This document shows positions 1 to 11,482 of a stretch of DNA of 50,933 nucleotides, piece after piece. Every line of letters starts with the position of its first letter. Within the stretch, counting starts at the first letter, position 1. The stretch lies in contig JALAGF010002054.1 of the NCBI GenBank assembly GCA_030167865.1, positions 1 to 50,933 of the forward strand, in the 5' to 3' direction. Source of the stretch: Craspedostauros australis (taxonomy: Eukaryota). The position numbers and the translations under genes are program-made. Under the pieces are notes generated by a model. That model did not search any database. It saw only the letters and a program-made list of their open reading frames with translations, and was not told where the DNA came from.

Positions 1-961
1 GTGGTGATGGCAATGTGCGGTCTTCAGCAGGCAACAAACGCAATTCGGTGGCTGTGTACTCTGGCATCCGCATCCGGCACGCCATTCAGGATGTCGCCAA
101 AGAGGACAGCGACAGTAGCAGCGGGAGTAGTAGCAGCAGAAGTAGCGGCGACCAAACGAACACAATGGAACAAGATCCCATCCTGCAGCAATACTTTGGC
201 AACTGTGCCTACTGCCTCACCGGCAACGACGACAACATCAACCATGGTAGCGGCATCAAGCGTGATACCATGAGAGGCTGCTTCATCATCTTCCGCAACA
301 CCTTCCCCCTTCTCCAAGCCCACCGCCAGCACGAATGACGAGAGCGTCCCTTGATAGGCATGATCCGAGACCGAGCACGTCCAGCAACAGATGTGACAGC
401 AGATCGAAGATGCCAAGATCCCCATGGACACCANCAGGCCCATCATCGATCGACTCATCGACAATGCCGATCGTCTCTTCGAGTTGGGGATCGACTTCCA
501 AAATCCCTTTGCGCGACGGGCCAAGGCGATGGTGGCCACCAACGATAACCGCAACTGCAACCGCAACTGCAACCGCAACTGCAACCGCAACTGCAACCGC
601 AACTGCAACCGCAATGGAGGCACCAGCGCACGCCATACCACAGTTTCTTGGACAGGACACTAAGCAGGCCATCGAAGACGCTTATTGTCTGGGCAACGCC
701 ATTCAGCGGTACACCATGCAGTACAATGTACAAGCCAATGGCGGGATCAGCCTCGAAGACATCCTGCAGATAGAATACAAGGACAAGCGATGGTCCACCA
801 TCGCGACCATCATGGATATCACGGCCAAGGTTGGTCTGCTGGGATAGCTGGAGTCCTCGTTGGGGCCGTTGGCCAAGTTCTGGGATGTGTTCTTCTTCAT
901 CATGGACAAAACGGGCTTTGCGAAGAAGATCTTTCTGGGTGCTGCTGTTCCGAGGATATGA
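1..961 (+). pseudogene. Decayed FAD-dependent monooxygenase (aromatic-ring hydroxylase type), 5'-truncated by the window edge
   Basis: Fragments lie in three frames. GDGNVRSS (DG-motif-like) and YSGIRIRHA start at nt 3; PIIDRLIDNADRLFELG is at ~440-490; APAHAIPQFLGQDTKQAIEDAYCLG (degenerate GDAAH-x-P-FLGQG-x-NQAIEDA motif) is at ~620-695. An in-frame TAG at 845-847 is followed by LESSLGPLAKFWDVFFFIMDKTGFAKKIFLGAAVPRI and TGA at 959-961. One ambiguous base (N) at 434. Confidence 0.75.
547..614 (+). repeat. 12-bp tandem repeat (AACCGCAACTGC) x ~5.5 inside the pseudogene
   Basis: Directly visible; produces the TATATA/NRNC/QLRL runs in the ORF track. Confidence 0.95.
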
Positions 962-1123
962 GAATGTGTGGAAGAGTGCGAAATCGCGCTGTGATGAAGG
1001 TAGATTATGTGGACGGCTTTCGCTTGTTGTTGATGGACCAGCCATACTCGAACGATCTAGACATTCCATGCTTCTCACCTACCACAACACACAATCGCAA
1101 TCATAATCACAGGCGAACACCTC

Positions 1124-1178
1124 CCAATCAATCAACCAATCAATTAACCAATCAATCAACCTCCCAATCACCCAACCA
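1124..1178 (+). repeat. Imperfect (CAAT/CAAC)n low-complexity repeat
   Basis: caatcaatcaaccaatcaattaaccaatcaatcaacc... Confidence 0.8.
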
Positions 1179-1255
1179 TCTCCCTTGTTCCATCTTACAC
1201 CTACAACAATACACTCACATGCACCAGAGTATCAATACTGTCTTCATGCCCTGTT

Positions 1256-2728
1256 CTAATTACTCGACGACCAGAGTACTCCAAGGCAATCCAGGATCTC
1301 ATCAATCGTCGATGTGTCTTTCTTTTCCACACCGCAAGCAGAAGGATCATCAATTTGGACGAGCCGATCCTCTCTCTTGTCATCCCACGCCTGTTTCAAC
1401 GTCTCACTGCCCTGCAACAGAACGTTGAAAGTCTCGCTCATGGGATCCATTGCACCGATTAGACCCATTAGACGCATGAGACCCATTTCCGCCATTTCAG
1501 TCATTCTACTCCGATGTTTGCTTGTTCTCATCAGCATCTTTCCAAACAGGGCCAGTGGCTGCGACCATGTTGGAAGGGAACACAGAACTGCTCTCACCTT
1601 GTTGCGATGATTTCGCCGCAAGATACGTTCAACAAGCGCATTGTACGAATGGACATGTTCGTCAGGCGGGCGTGGTCGAATGTGGAGATAGGTGAGTTGG
1701 GTAGTCTGCTCCAAGGCTTGCTGAAGTGCTTCCATTTGTGCCGAGAGGGTCTCAGGCGGAGCTTCAAACATGTTGGGATCCCCAAAGGCACCACATGTCA
1801 GAGATGGCAAGGTCTTGTTTCCCAGAAGCGATATCAATGCGTCGAACCTTGTCATCTGCGCTTGTCGCGACGATCCGTCCCAAATACCGGAAACACTGAG
1901 CTTCTTCAGGTGTGATGCATCTGAAAGGAGTTGGATGATCGGGTCGATTTCTTGTTGTGAATAGATATGTTGGGCGCTGTTGTCCCGACAGAGACTGATG
2001 TGGAGCTTGTTGATGCGCTTGTTTGACTGGAATAGCTTTGCCAAATTATCGCAAGTGACACGGGTGCGGAAAAAGGATACTCCGGTGACGCTGCAATTGT
2101 TCGGAGACAGCCATCTCCACAAATCAGCGCCCCCATTGGCGAGCTTACAGATATAAAACACAACGTATTTCGAATTTTGGGAGATGTTGAACATGAGGTT
2201 GTCGCAATCAACAAGATCACATGAATACAAATCCACACGATGTGTCACAAGAGGGATATCATGTAGCTGCTTCATCTTCACGAAGTCCCGAGTCAAATGG
2301 ATGCCTTCGTCGGATGAAGATTTGAGTGGGTGTTTGGCAGCCAATCGAAGTACGAAGCGAATCGCTTGCTTGTCTTCTTCTCCGAATTGGTCATCGCAGC
2401 CGAATTCCAGAAACGGGTATCGAATACACATCTGCCAACAGACCCTGAAATACCTATCGCTCAGTAGAACATGAGGTGATACAGCAACGTGCTTGTGCCG
2501 CTTCACCATCGATTCCAAGTCTGCAAAGGTGAATCCTGCGTTGATGGCCATGTCCCAGTGTTCCATCTGCTTGGGTGTGACACTGTAGCAGTAAATCTGC
2601 TGTCTTGGATGACTCTGCACATTGAACACAGTCTTTGGGATCCACCATTTCCGATGGAGGTGTTTCCAGAAAGTCTTGAAGTCTGGATCATGATCGCTGT
2701 TGATATTGATGTTGACGACAGCATCCAT
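1256..2728 (-). CDS. Hypothetical protein with degenerate RNI-like leucine-rich repeats (paralogue A, 490 aa)
   Basis: Intact 490-codon ORF, colinear with the ORF at 6120-7478. LxxLxL/V-type units include INKLHISLC, LKKLSVSGI, LPSLTC and LTYLHI. C-terminal 'ERILRRN' cap resembles diatom RNI-like proteins. Confidence 0.75.
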   Translation of the reverse strand: MDAVVNININSDHDPDFKTFWKHLHRKWWIPKTVFNVQSHPRQQIYCYSVTPKQMEHWDMAINAGFTFADLESMVKRHKHVAVSPHVLLSDRYFRVCWQMCIRYPFLEFGCDDQFGEEDKQAIRFVLRLAAKHPLKSSSDEGIHLTRDFVKMKQLHDIPLVTHRVDLYSCDLVDCDNLMFNISQNSKYVVFYICKLANGGADLWRWLSPNNCSVTGVSFFRTRVTCDNLAKLFQSNKRINKLHISLCRDNSAQHIYSQQEIDPIIQLLSDASHLKKLSVSGIWDGSSRQAQMTRFDALISLLGNKTLPSLTCGAFGDPNMFEAPPETLSAQMEALQQALEQTTQLTYLHIRPRPPDEHVHSYNALVERILRRNHRNKVRAVLCSLPTWSQPLALFGKMLMRTSKHRSRMTEMAEMGLMRLMGLIGAMDPMSETFNVLLQGSETLKQAWDDKREDRLVQIDDPSACGVEKKDTSTIDEILDCLGVLWSSSN

Positions 2729-3585
2729 GTTGCGGTTCGTCCTTTACTTGTTGTTGTTGTTGTTGTTATGGCTGCTGCTGATTGGTGGTCGTTCCTGTTG
2801 GTGGTACAATCGTACGAGTGGAGTAGGTAGAGCAGGTAGAGTATGCAGTCCCAAATCAGTTGCGCTTGGATGGCGATTGTGAGCTCATCTGCTCAAGCTT
2901 GCTGTCCTCCATTTCATGATCCTGTGAATTCATTACAATGCAACGTGTCGTCAGCCAACACGCCTGCATGGACTTGCGCATTTCCACCACGGTGTATGGT
3001 ATGGTGTGGTATGGTATGATACGACTGTGGACAGCCACATCATGATCCGAAGCTGGCTAGCTCGCTCGCTCGCACGATACGACCTTCGATGGTGCCCAAC
3101 TTGGCCACGCTGCGCAGTTGTGCTTCTTCATGTGATACCATAGCTCGTGCAACATGAGTATAGTACATCCCTTTGTGATGGTCTTGGGGGAGTCAACCAT
3201 TGTGCCATACGAATGCATGCTATGTGCTTCGGCCGTTGGATGTCATTGAACGACTCCGATGGAGTGATCCACGATGTGGAGAATCCACCACGATGACTTC
3301 TTCGGTGGACATCAGAGGCGTTTCTCGTCTTTCGTGGTGATGACGATGACAACGATGGCGATGACACCACTCGTGTTTCAATTCGCCACAAACGTATCCA
3401 GGACTCATCTCGCCTCACCCAATCATTGCGAACTCTGTGGCAATGATGATGGCCATGGTGATGCAGACATCGCCGTAGAATGCTGATACAGATCATCACA
3501 ACCGCAACGCTCACATGATGATCACCGCTGCCATCAAGTATCTATTCACAGAGCATGCCAATGCTCCGTCTCTCCCTCTCTCTCT
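1380..3585. repeat. Segmental duplication, copy A (LRR gene plus ~850 bp upstream)
   Basis: Colinear direct-repeat homology with 6163-8412, starting at TCATCCCA and ending at ...GCCATCAAG..TCTAT..CAGAGCA followed by a CT tract. Confidence 0.9.
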
Positions 3586-4133
3586 ATTTCTAGAGAGACT
3601 TCGAACGATGCCGGCTGGTTGACTTGGTTCCTCACCCATTGATCGCCCAACCACAGAGACAGCCACAACCAGAAGAATCACAACGTTGGCACCAATGGCA
3701 GCCATGACACCAACGACGTGGTTGATGCATCAAAAGAGGATGATTGGTGTCATCTGCATCGCGTGCATGGTGGTGGCGACGAACTCACTGCCATCACCAT
3801 CCCCGACACTTTTCTTCCGTTGTGGATTGAGAACCACCGACGGCCAATTCCTCTGGCAGGCCCAGCAATCGCAGCAACGAGACCATCATCAACATCAACC
3901 ACATTGTTGTATCGCATTGCATCAGCCCATTGCCTCACTGGAGGGAGAGAAAGAGAGAGAGTAGATCCACCACTGGACATTGAACATTGGATACTGCACC
4001 ATCGGCAACTACGTTAGTCACAAACAGGCCATCCATTGGACATTCAACATCGACCATTGTGCGATTGAACGATTGAACGAAACAGCAGAGCGGATCATTC
4101 CCAGAACAACACAACACAACAGAAGACAAATCG

Positions 4134-5662
4134 ATGGAAGACAACAGATTCCCGTTCACCAGCAAGGCTTCACGGTCGTCCTCCTCCACGTCCGGCATTG
4201 AACGCAAGACCGGTCACCAGTACGGCCGCAACTCTGCGCCATCACCAAGCTCCATGTCGTCATCCGCAGCATCATCGCCCACCGGCTACGCTTCCGCCTA
4301 CACCTCCAAGTACATGGACGCCCTGGGAGGCAAGCAGCAGACCGTGTCGGCGACGACAATGAGGCAGAGTTCTCCATGCACTCACAGCAGAACTTCGACG
4401 CCGACATGGTGGACTCCACCAGCGCGAGGAGGGTGGTGGACAGCGACGAGGAGCCCTTCGACGAAGACCTGGACGATGACATTGACAGCGACAACAGCGA
4501 CGACAATGAAGGTGCCGACGCCAACAGCCGCAGCCACAGCCAGAGTCACAGCGTCAGCGCGGGTGCTGGCGCCAACACGCAGCAGATAGATGACGACATC
4601 CCCTTCATCCACGACGACGACGACGACGGTGACGACATCGATAGCCAGTGTTCCGATGAGCAGGCGGGCGACAAGATGTCCAATGGAGTCTTCGATGAGT
4701 TCACAGACGAGGACGACTCCACGCGAGACGACTCCTTTCGTGACGAATTCCGTTCCACATCCTGCCAGCCTCCACGCGAGATCGGAACATCTCCCGACAC
4801 CAGCAACACCACCACCGCGACGTCCAGGACGCCCCAGCTGGCCAGAGGCAGCCCCAACGCCTCCTCCAACGGGGGCTCGTCCTTCGGCTTCTCCTGCGCA
4901 AAGAGGATGTCCTTCATCTGCCAGGAAGGTGGACTGGAGCCAGTCGTCGAAGGCGAGGAGGGCGACGAGACGGAGCGACCGTCCACCAGAACTGTCAACA
5001 AACGCAAGCCAAACGAATTCGGTGCCCATTCCAATGAGGACTCCGGGATCTTCTCCTCCATGTTCTCCGCCAATAACGATGGGACCCAGCGCACGACCGC
5101 CACCTCCAATTCATTCAACAGCAATCATGGCAACCAGGACTCCACCAACTCCCTTTCCAAGGAATCCAATCACAGCAATGTGGACATGGACGGTGAGGAT
5201 CCAGCTTCCAACAAAGACCCAGCATCAACCTACATCTCCACATCCGCCATCCTCCTCAACGAGACCAACGACACCAACGAGACCAACGAGGACATGCCCA
5301 CACAGCTCGTCTCGCGCACCAACTCCATCGAAATATCCATCAGTCCCATGATACTCACAACTGATCCGGAGCAAACCATCACTCAAGATCCACCAGTCAC
5401 GCAGCTCACGCGAAAAGAATCCATCGGACCCTCCAAGGGATCCAGCAAGCATCTCGATCCAAAGAACATGGTCGAGCAGGACACCGGCAACACCACAAGC
5501 ATGTATTCCGTCGATATTGAGGCGCAGACAGCCACCACGACCACAACGACGACGCTGCAGGAACCAGCACCAAACAAAAGCAACATCATGATCCCCGTCA
5601 TCATCGTGGCTGTCCTCATCATCGGCGGTGGCATCGCAGCAGGCGTCGTGCTGGCTGGCTGA
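4134..5662 (+). CDS. Acidic Ser/Thr-rich low-complexity protein with a single C-terminal transmembrane helix; apparent 1-nt frameshift near 4325
   Basis: ATG 4134 (after a CA-rich leader) reads MEDNRFPF...KYMDALG. Coding-like sequence then continues in another frame as RQAADRVGDDNEAEFSMHSQQNFD... to IMIPVIIVAVLIIGGGIAAGVVLAG and stop at 5662. Codon usage is GC3-rich in both parts. Confidence 0.6.
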
Positions 5663-6119
5663 AACATCAGTTTTGTTTTTGCGACTCTCGCTGCCGACGC
5701 CTCTGACTTTCGTTGACCGCAAGTCAAACATGCTGATCGCCGGAGATAGAGTATCCCAAATAGTAGTATCGTAATAGTATTATCGTGACTCTCGTTGCTT
5801 TTTGGTGTTGACACTGCGTGGTTTCTCGTCGTTGCGGATGCATCACCGTTGCGATCTTGGCAAGAACACGTACGGGAATACACATGGGTGCTACATCCAC
5901 ATACTCGATTCGCTCGCAGTCAGTGGAGTTAGACGAGAGAAGTTGTCTTACAGTTGTTTAAGGTGATACAGCATCGTATGATATCAATCATCGACACACC
6001 TTTCTTTGCTTTGTAAACGCCGAGCGCCAATCAGAAGCTCCGTCGCTTTCACGAGTGTGGTCAGTTGGCTGCCAATTTCATTACGCTGACAGAAGGCTGA
6101 TGACCTTATCACGGCAGCG

Positions 6120-7478
6120 CTATTTCTTTTGTCGTTTCTGATCATGAAGTTCGGCACGACGATCATCCCATGTCTGTTTCAACATCTCACTGCACTGCAG
6201 TAGAAGATGAAAAGTCTCGTTCGTGGAACCCATTGGATCAAGTCTACTCCGACGTTTGTTTGTTCTCGTCAGCATTTTCCCAAACAGGGCCTGTGGCCGC
6301 GGCCATGTTGGAAGGGAACACAGTGCTGCTCTCACCATGGTGCAATGATTTCGCCGCAAGGTACGTTCAACAAGCGCATCGTACCAATGGGCATGTTCGT
6401 CAGGCGGGCGTGGAGAAAGGCGGAAATAGGTGAGTTGGGTAGTCTGCTCCAAGGCTTGCTGAAGTGCTTCCACTCGTGCCAGGAGGGTCTCAGGCGGAAC
6501 TTCAAACATGCTGGAATTCCCACGGGCAGAGTATGTGAGAGATGACAAGCTGTTGTTTCCCAGAAGCGAAATCAATGCATCAAGCGTTGTATCCTGTTCT
6601 TGTCGCGATGACCAAGTCCAAACATTGGAAACCTTTAGCTTCTTCAGATGCGATGCATTTGAAAGGAGCTTGATGATCCGATCGATTTCTTGTTCGAAGT
6701 AGATGGGAAATCCGAGGTAGGACCGACAGAAATCAATTTTGAGCTTGTTGATGCGTTTGTTTGACTGGAGTAGATTTGCCAAGTTATCACAAGTGATACG
6801 GGTGCCTGAAAAGGATACTTCGGTGATGCTGCAATTGTTTGGAGACAGCCATCTGCACAAATCAGCGCCCCCATTGGCGAGCTCACATTCGTTCAACACA
6901 ACCCATTTCGAGTTTTGGGAGATGTTGAACATGAGCTTGTCGCAATCAACAAGATCACATGAATACAAATCCACACGATGTGTCACAAGAGGGATATCGT
7001 GGAGCTGCTTCATCTCGACGAAGCAAGGAGACAAGCTGATGCCTTCGTCGAATGGAGATTCGAGTGGGTGTTCGGCAGCCAATCGAAGTACGAAGCGAAT
7101 CACTTGCTTGACTTCTTCTCCGCATTGATTATTGCTGCCGAATCCCAAATTCAGGGATCGAATACGCATCTGCCAACAGACCCTGTAATACCTATCGCTC
7201 AGTAGAACATGAGGTGATAAAGCAACATCCTTGTGCTGCTTCACCATCGATTCCAAGTCAGCGAAGGTGAATCCTGCTTCGATGGCCATGTCCCAGTATT
7301 CCATCCGCTTGGGTGTGACACTGTAGCAGTCGATCTGCTTTGCTGGTGGGTAGTGCAGAGTGAACACGGTCTTCGGTGGCAGCTCTTTGCCCTGGAGTTG
7401 CTTCCAGAAAGTCTTGAAGTCTGGATCATGGTCACTGTTGGTATTGTTGTTGGCGACATCATCCATGTCGCGCTTCAT
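6120..7478 (-). CDS. Hypothetical protein with degenerate RNI-like leucine-rich repeats (paralogue B); basic C-terminus QKRQKK
   Basis: Intact ORF. First ATG at 7478 (alternative 7466; the track start at 7535 is GTG). Colinear with 1256-2728. Confidence 0.75.
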   Translation of the reverse strand: MKRDMDDVANNNTNSDHDPDFKTFWKQLQGKELPPKTVFTLHYPPAKQIDCYSVTPKRMEYWDMAIEAGFTFADLESMVKQHKDVALSPHVLLSDRYYRVCWQMRIRSLNLGFGSNNQCGEEVKQVIRFVLRLAAEHPLESPFDEGISLSPCFVEMKQLHDIPLVTHRVDLYSCDLVDCDKLMFNISQNSKWVVLNECELANGGADLCRWLSPNNCSITEVSFSGTRITCDNLANLLQSNKRINKLKIDFCRSYLGFPIYFEQEIDRIIKLLSNASHLKKLKVSNVWTWSSRQEQDTTLDALISLLGNNSLSSLTYSARGNSSMFEVPPETLLARVEALQQALEQTTQLTYFRLSPRPPDEHAHWYDALVERTLRRNHCTMVRAALCSLPTWPRPQALFGKMLTRTNKRRSRLDPMGSTNETFHLLLQCSEMLKQTWDDRRAELHDQKRQKK

Positions 7479-8412
7479 CCTTTTCTTGTCGTCACTGTTG
7501 ATACGGCTGATGCCGATTGTTGCTGTTGGTGGCACAATCGTACGAGTAGAGTAGGTAGAGCAGGCGGAGTATGTGGTCCCAAATCAGTTGCGCTTGGATG
7601 GCGATTGTGAGCTCATTTGCTCAAGTTTGCTGTCCTCCATTTCATGATCCTGGGCATTGATCACAAAGCAACGTGTTGTCAGTCAACACGCCTGCATGGG
7701 CTTGCACAGTTCCACCAAGGTGCATGGTGTGGCGTGGTATGGTGTGGCATGCGATGGTGTGGTGCGACCGTGGACAGCCACATCATGATCCGAAGCTGGC
7801 TAGCTCGCTCGCTCACACGATACGACCTTCGATGGTGCCCAACTTGGCCACGCTGTGCAGTTGTGCCTCTTCATGTGAGACCATAGTTTGTGTAATATGA
7901 GTATAGTACATCCCTCTGTATTGGTCTTGGGGGAGTCAACCATTGTGCCATACGAATGCATACTATGTGCTTCGGCAGTTGGATGTCATCGAACGACTGC
8001 GGTGAGCGGATCCACAATGTGACGAATCCACCACGATGACTTCTTCGGTGGAATCCAGAGGCGTTTCTCACGTTTTGTTGCGAGGATGATGATGATGACG
8101 ATGATGGTGACACCACTCGTGTTTCAATCGACAACAAACGTATCCAGGACTCATTTCGCCTCACCCAATCGTCACAACCAACAATCACTCGTGAATGAAT
8201 CAGCGACCAGTCCCGTGTGCCACAACAAAGGATCGAGAAAGGATTCTTCGTGTGACGATGGCGATGGTGATCGTGGTGGCGCTGCGGAAATCGCTGCAGA
8301 ATACTGATGCAGATCGTCGCAACCGCAATGCTCACCGATGATCACCGTTGCCATCAAGCGTCTATCCGCAGAGCACGTATTCCAACACACCCACTCTCTC
8401 TCTCTCTCTCTC
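6163..8412. repeat. Segmental duplication, copy B
   Basis: Homologous to 1380-3585; ends in a (CT)n tract at 8394-8412. Confidence 0.9.
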
Positions 8413-8723
8413 GGAGTTGTTCTCTTCATGCAAGCGTACGGTTGATTATAGTGTTTTTACTTTGAGTGGAATAGAGCGCAGCGCCTCGCGAGTAGGCCTG
8501 CAGTCGCACTCCACTCGATCTGCATTGGCTGTTTGGTTCTGCAACATCGTGGCAAACGCCGCAAGACCTGCCAATCAATGGGGCAGTGCACATAGTGACC
8601 ATGGTATCATTTGTTTTGGGTTTCGCCTGTGTTGTTTGCTCCAGTTGCACAATGGGAGCCAATGTACCATACCGATGGCATCGCGCCCGCTTCATCTACT
8701 CCTCTCGTGGGAGTGCGAACGCT

Positions 8724-10623
8724 CTACTCAAAGTAGGAGTTGAAGAGCTCGGTTTCTTGGCCACCCTTCAGGATCACCACTGGCAGATGCAGGGCACGCG
8801 GCTCCATGGCGGCGTAACGATCGGCCGCGCCCATGGCAGCCAGCTTCTCCTTCTTGTCGGCACCTCGCCCAACCCAGATGTACAGCTCCCAACCGCTGTC
8901 GAGGAGGAACACGTCGTCGTCATCGAGATCGGACTTCTTGAGGCAAGGCACGACGGCGGAAGTCTTCTTGATGGGACTGCCAGTGGCCACCTGGTCCAGC
9001 GCCTTGGAGGGATCACCGTCAACGCGGTACAGGATGGGGGCGAATTCCTCAATTTCCGCATCATCATCCTCGTGCGGTCCGATGGTGCCCTCGCCGAGGA
9101 ATTTCCAGAACTCCCCGTACTCTTCGTCGCCGCTGCCCTGATCCAGCGTGGTGACTGTGCTCATGGTGCACATGTTCTCCGCCCACGCGGCGCATCTCGC
9201 CTTCTCGAGCGGCTTGGCGCCCTTTCCATGCCAGCACCAGACCTCGCGATCGCTGCCGAAGAGGATGAAGGAGTCACCCTCGTTGAGGGATGACTTGGAG
9301 AGCGGCATCTGCGTGAGGGCCATCTTCTTCTTGTTTCCCTTGACGCGGAAAAGGAAAGGATTTTCTGGCGTTGGCTCGACGTGGTTGAATCCGGATTCGA
9401 TGCCACCCTCCAGGTACTCCAGACGGTCGAAGTAGCTCACGAACTTGCTGCTTTCGTGGCCTTGCACTTGACGATGCTGAACGGGGACGCCTGTTTGACG
9501 ACGACCACGATGATGGCAGAGTGCGGCGACGTTGCATGTGACGGAATTGTGCGGCAGTGCAGAACAGAGCAGAATGGTTAAATGTGAGGAACACAGTCTC
9601 GTCGTGGATGCAGGAGGGGATAGATTCTGATTGCGACGCCAACCAATTGCGCAATTTACTCACCTCCCAGGTAGTCATCGGCCTCCACCATCTTGTAGGC
9701 CGCAGTGCCGTACTCATCTTGGGAGCTCTCTTCTCCGATCCAAATGTGGACATCGTGGTGGAGCGCGTCGCTGCCTTCCTTCTGGTAAGTGTGAAGGACT
9801 GCTCGAATTGCATGTCACGCGGAGGTGAGTGAATCGAAGCGTGTGAAAAGCGAAAGCATGTGCAACATACGAGTGGAGGCAGGAGTTGAATAAGCGGGTG
9901 TGAGTGCGCGAAGAGGCGATGCTGTGATTGCGGTGTGCATTGTGTAGCGTAGCGTCGCGCTGTGATGTGGTGTGCCGTGATGCGATGGGCTGTGATGCGA
10001 TATACAGCCCTCACATATGTCGCCAATAAGCCGCACGTTACATCATATCCACACAAGCACTTATAAGATATTGTACCACGCTATGTCGCACCGCAGACTG
10101 ACTCACCGATGTAGGAATCTCCCTTGTGGAATTGTCCATGATACTTCTCCGGCCATGGCACGACCTTGAACTTCTCGATGCGCCAGACTCTGGTCTCCGG
10201 CGCCTTCTGGCCCATGCCATCCCATGCTGCCTCCAGCTGAGCGGCCTCGTGCTTGATCTTGTGGTCAAGATCGGATCCGACTGTTGATGTCAATGTGGGT
10301 GTGGGCGTGAATGTCGGTGTGAGAGTTGATGTTTGTGTCCATGTTGTTCATGTTGTTGGCGTTGGGAGACAACGAGAGGTTGGTGATTGGTGTTAGCATG
10401 AGCACGAGCATGAGGACAAAGACGAGGCTGACTTGTCACCATGGTTACTTGTGAGAACCCATCCCATTGCCCTGAATGGAAGATCACATGACATGACATC
10501 ACATCGCAGCGTCATGAAGACGAGTAAAGGCAGTGAAGCAGTGAGGCAGCCTGGCAGCGTTGGTGAAGAGAGCAATCACGTACTCAGGGCCAAGTTCGAT
10601 TCCTTCCACGGTACGTTCGGCAT
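8724..10623 (-). CDS. Gelsolin/severin-like actin-severing protein (three gelsolin domains, 371 aa); exons 10623-10584, 10280-10107, 9798-9664, 9490-8724
   Basis: Splicing at GT-AG sites gives a continuous frame: MPNVPWKESNLALIGSDLDHKIK...VWRIEKFKVVPWP...FHKGDSYIVLHTY...[42 protein letters not shown]...SLNEGDSFIL...DVFLLDSGWELYIWVG. These are classic gelsolin-family motifs. Confidence 0.95.
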
Positions 10624-11357
10624 GATGATGTTGCTGTCGTTGTTGTTGTCGTTGGAGGGGGTGGTGCTGGTGCTGTTGATGGGAGCTTTGCGTTTGCGTC
10701 TGTCCTGTTGCTGCTGTTTTTATGGGGTGATGGAAGGGAAGACGAGACTCGGTCTTTCTGTCTCCTTGACGTGTGGTGTACACGAGCTTCGATCTGCTAC
10801 GACTATGACCCATGCGCTTTCTCTTTGCTCTTTGCACCCTTGTTCGCTTCTCAAGATGCGATCCTCTCCTCCCCTTCCTTGGATTCCTTTCTCTGCCTTC
10901 CCACTCGTGATGGAGAGGAGGAATCCAATCCCATTTTTACATGCGCTTTGCTCTTGCGCAACTCCGTGTCCCTGTGACCCCTGTCGTGTCGTGTCGGGTT
11001 GTGATGTGTCGCGTGTTGAGTTCTCGTCCAGTGAAGTCGGTATCTTTTTCGCTCCTCCTTCGTGATTCAATCAACCATGAGTTCTGCGATCGTGGATACA
11101 AACCACGATGGAATCATTCGACTGATCTCTTGGTGTCAACTGAGTGACGTCAGCATTGGGTTTGGATCATCAAAGAGGAAAACGCAATGCGCAAACGCAT
11201 GAGAATCCGATTGAAGGAGTGGCAATGACGGAGGAGGTTGAGATGAGGATGGCAGTTGCGTTGCGTTTGTGGGAGGCAGCTTGGAGACCTCTCTTGTGGA
11301 GTGAGTTGATCGTCAGCATCTGAGAGACTTGTGCAAAGCCACATCAAGAGCATCAAC

Positions 11358-11416
11358 AGCAATAGCATCAGAAGCAATAGCACCAGAAGCAATAGCACCA
11401 GAAGCAATAGCATCAG
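11358..11416 (+). repeat. 15-bp tandem repeat (AGCAATAGCAYCAGA) x4 in the leader upstream of the FTHFS start
   Basis: Directly visible. Confidence 0.9.
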
Positions 11417-11482
11417 CGCAGCGAATAGAATTCACAACAAAGAAAGCAACAGCCACAGTCGCAATAACAGTTGACAACAACA

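Noticed and set aside
547-614. Regular short repeats (also 11358-11416) as a CRISPR-like array
   Set aside because: Head-to-tail tandem units without unique spacers, eukaryotic context, no cas genes.
3128-3514. Short ORFs in the duplicated upstream region (also 7871-8335)
   Set aside because: Their similarity is explained by the DNA duplication; they start at GTG, differ by indels and show no recognisable domain.
1380-8412. The two direct repeats as LTRs of a retrotransposon
   Set aside because: The repeats contain a whole LRR gene and lack TG...CA ends, and the interior encodes no gag, RT or integrase motifs.
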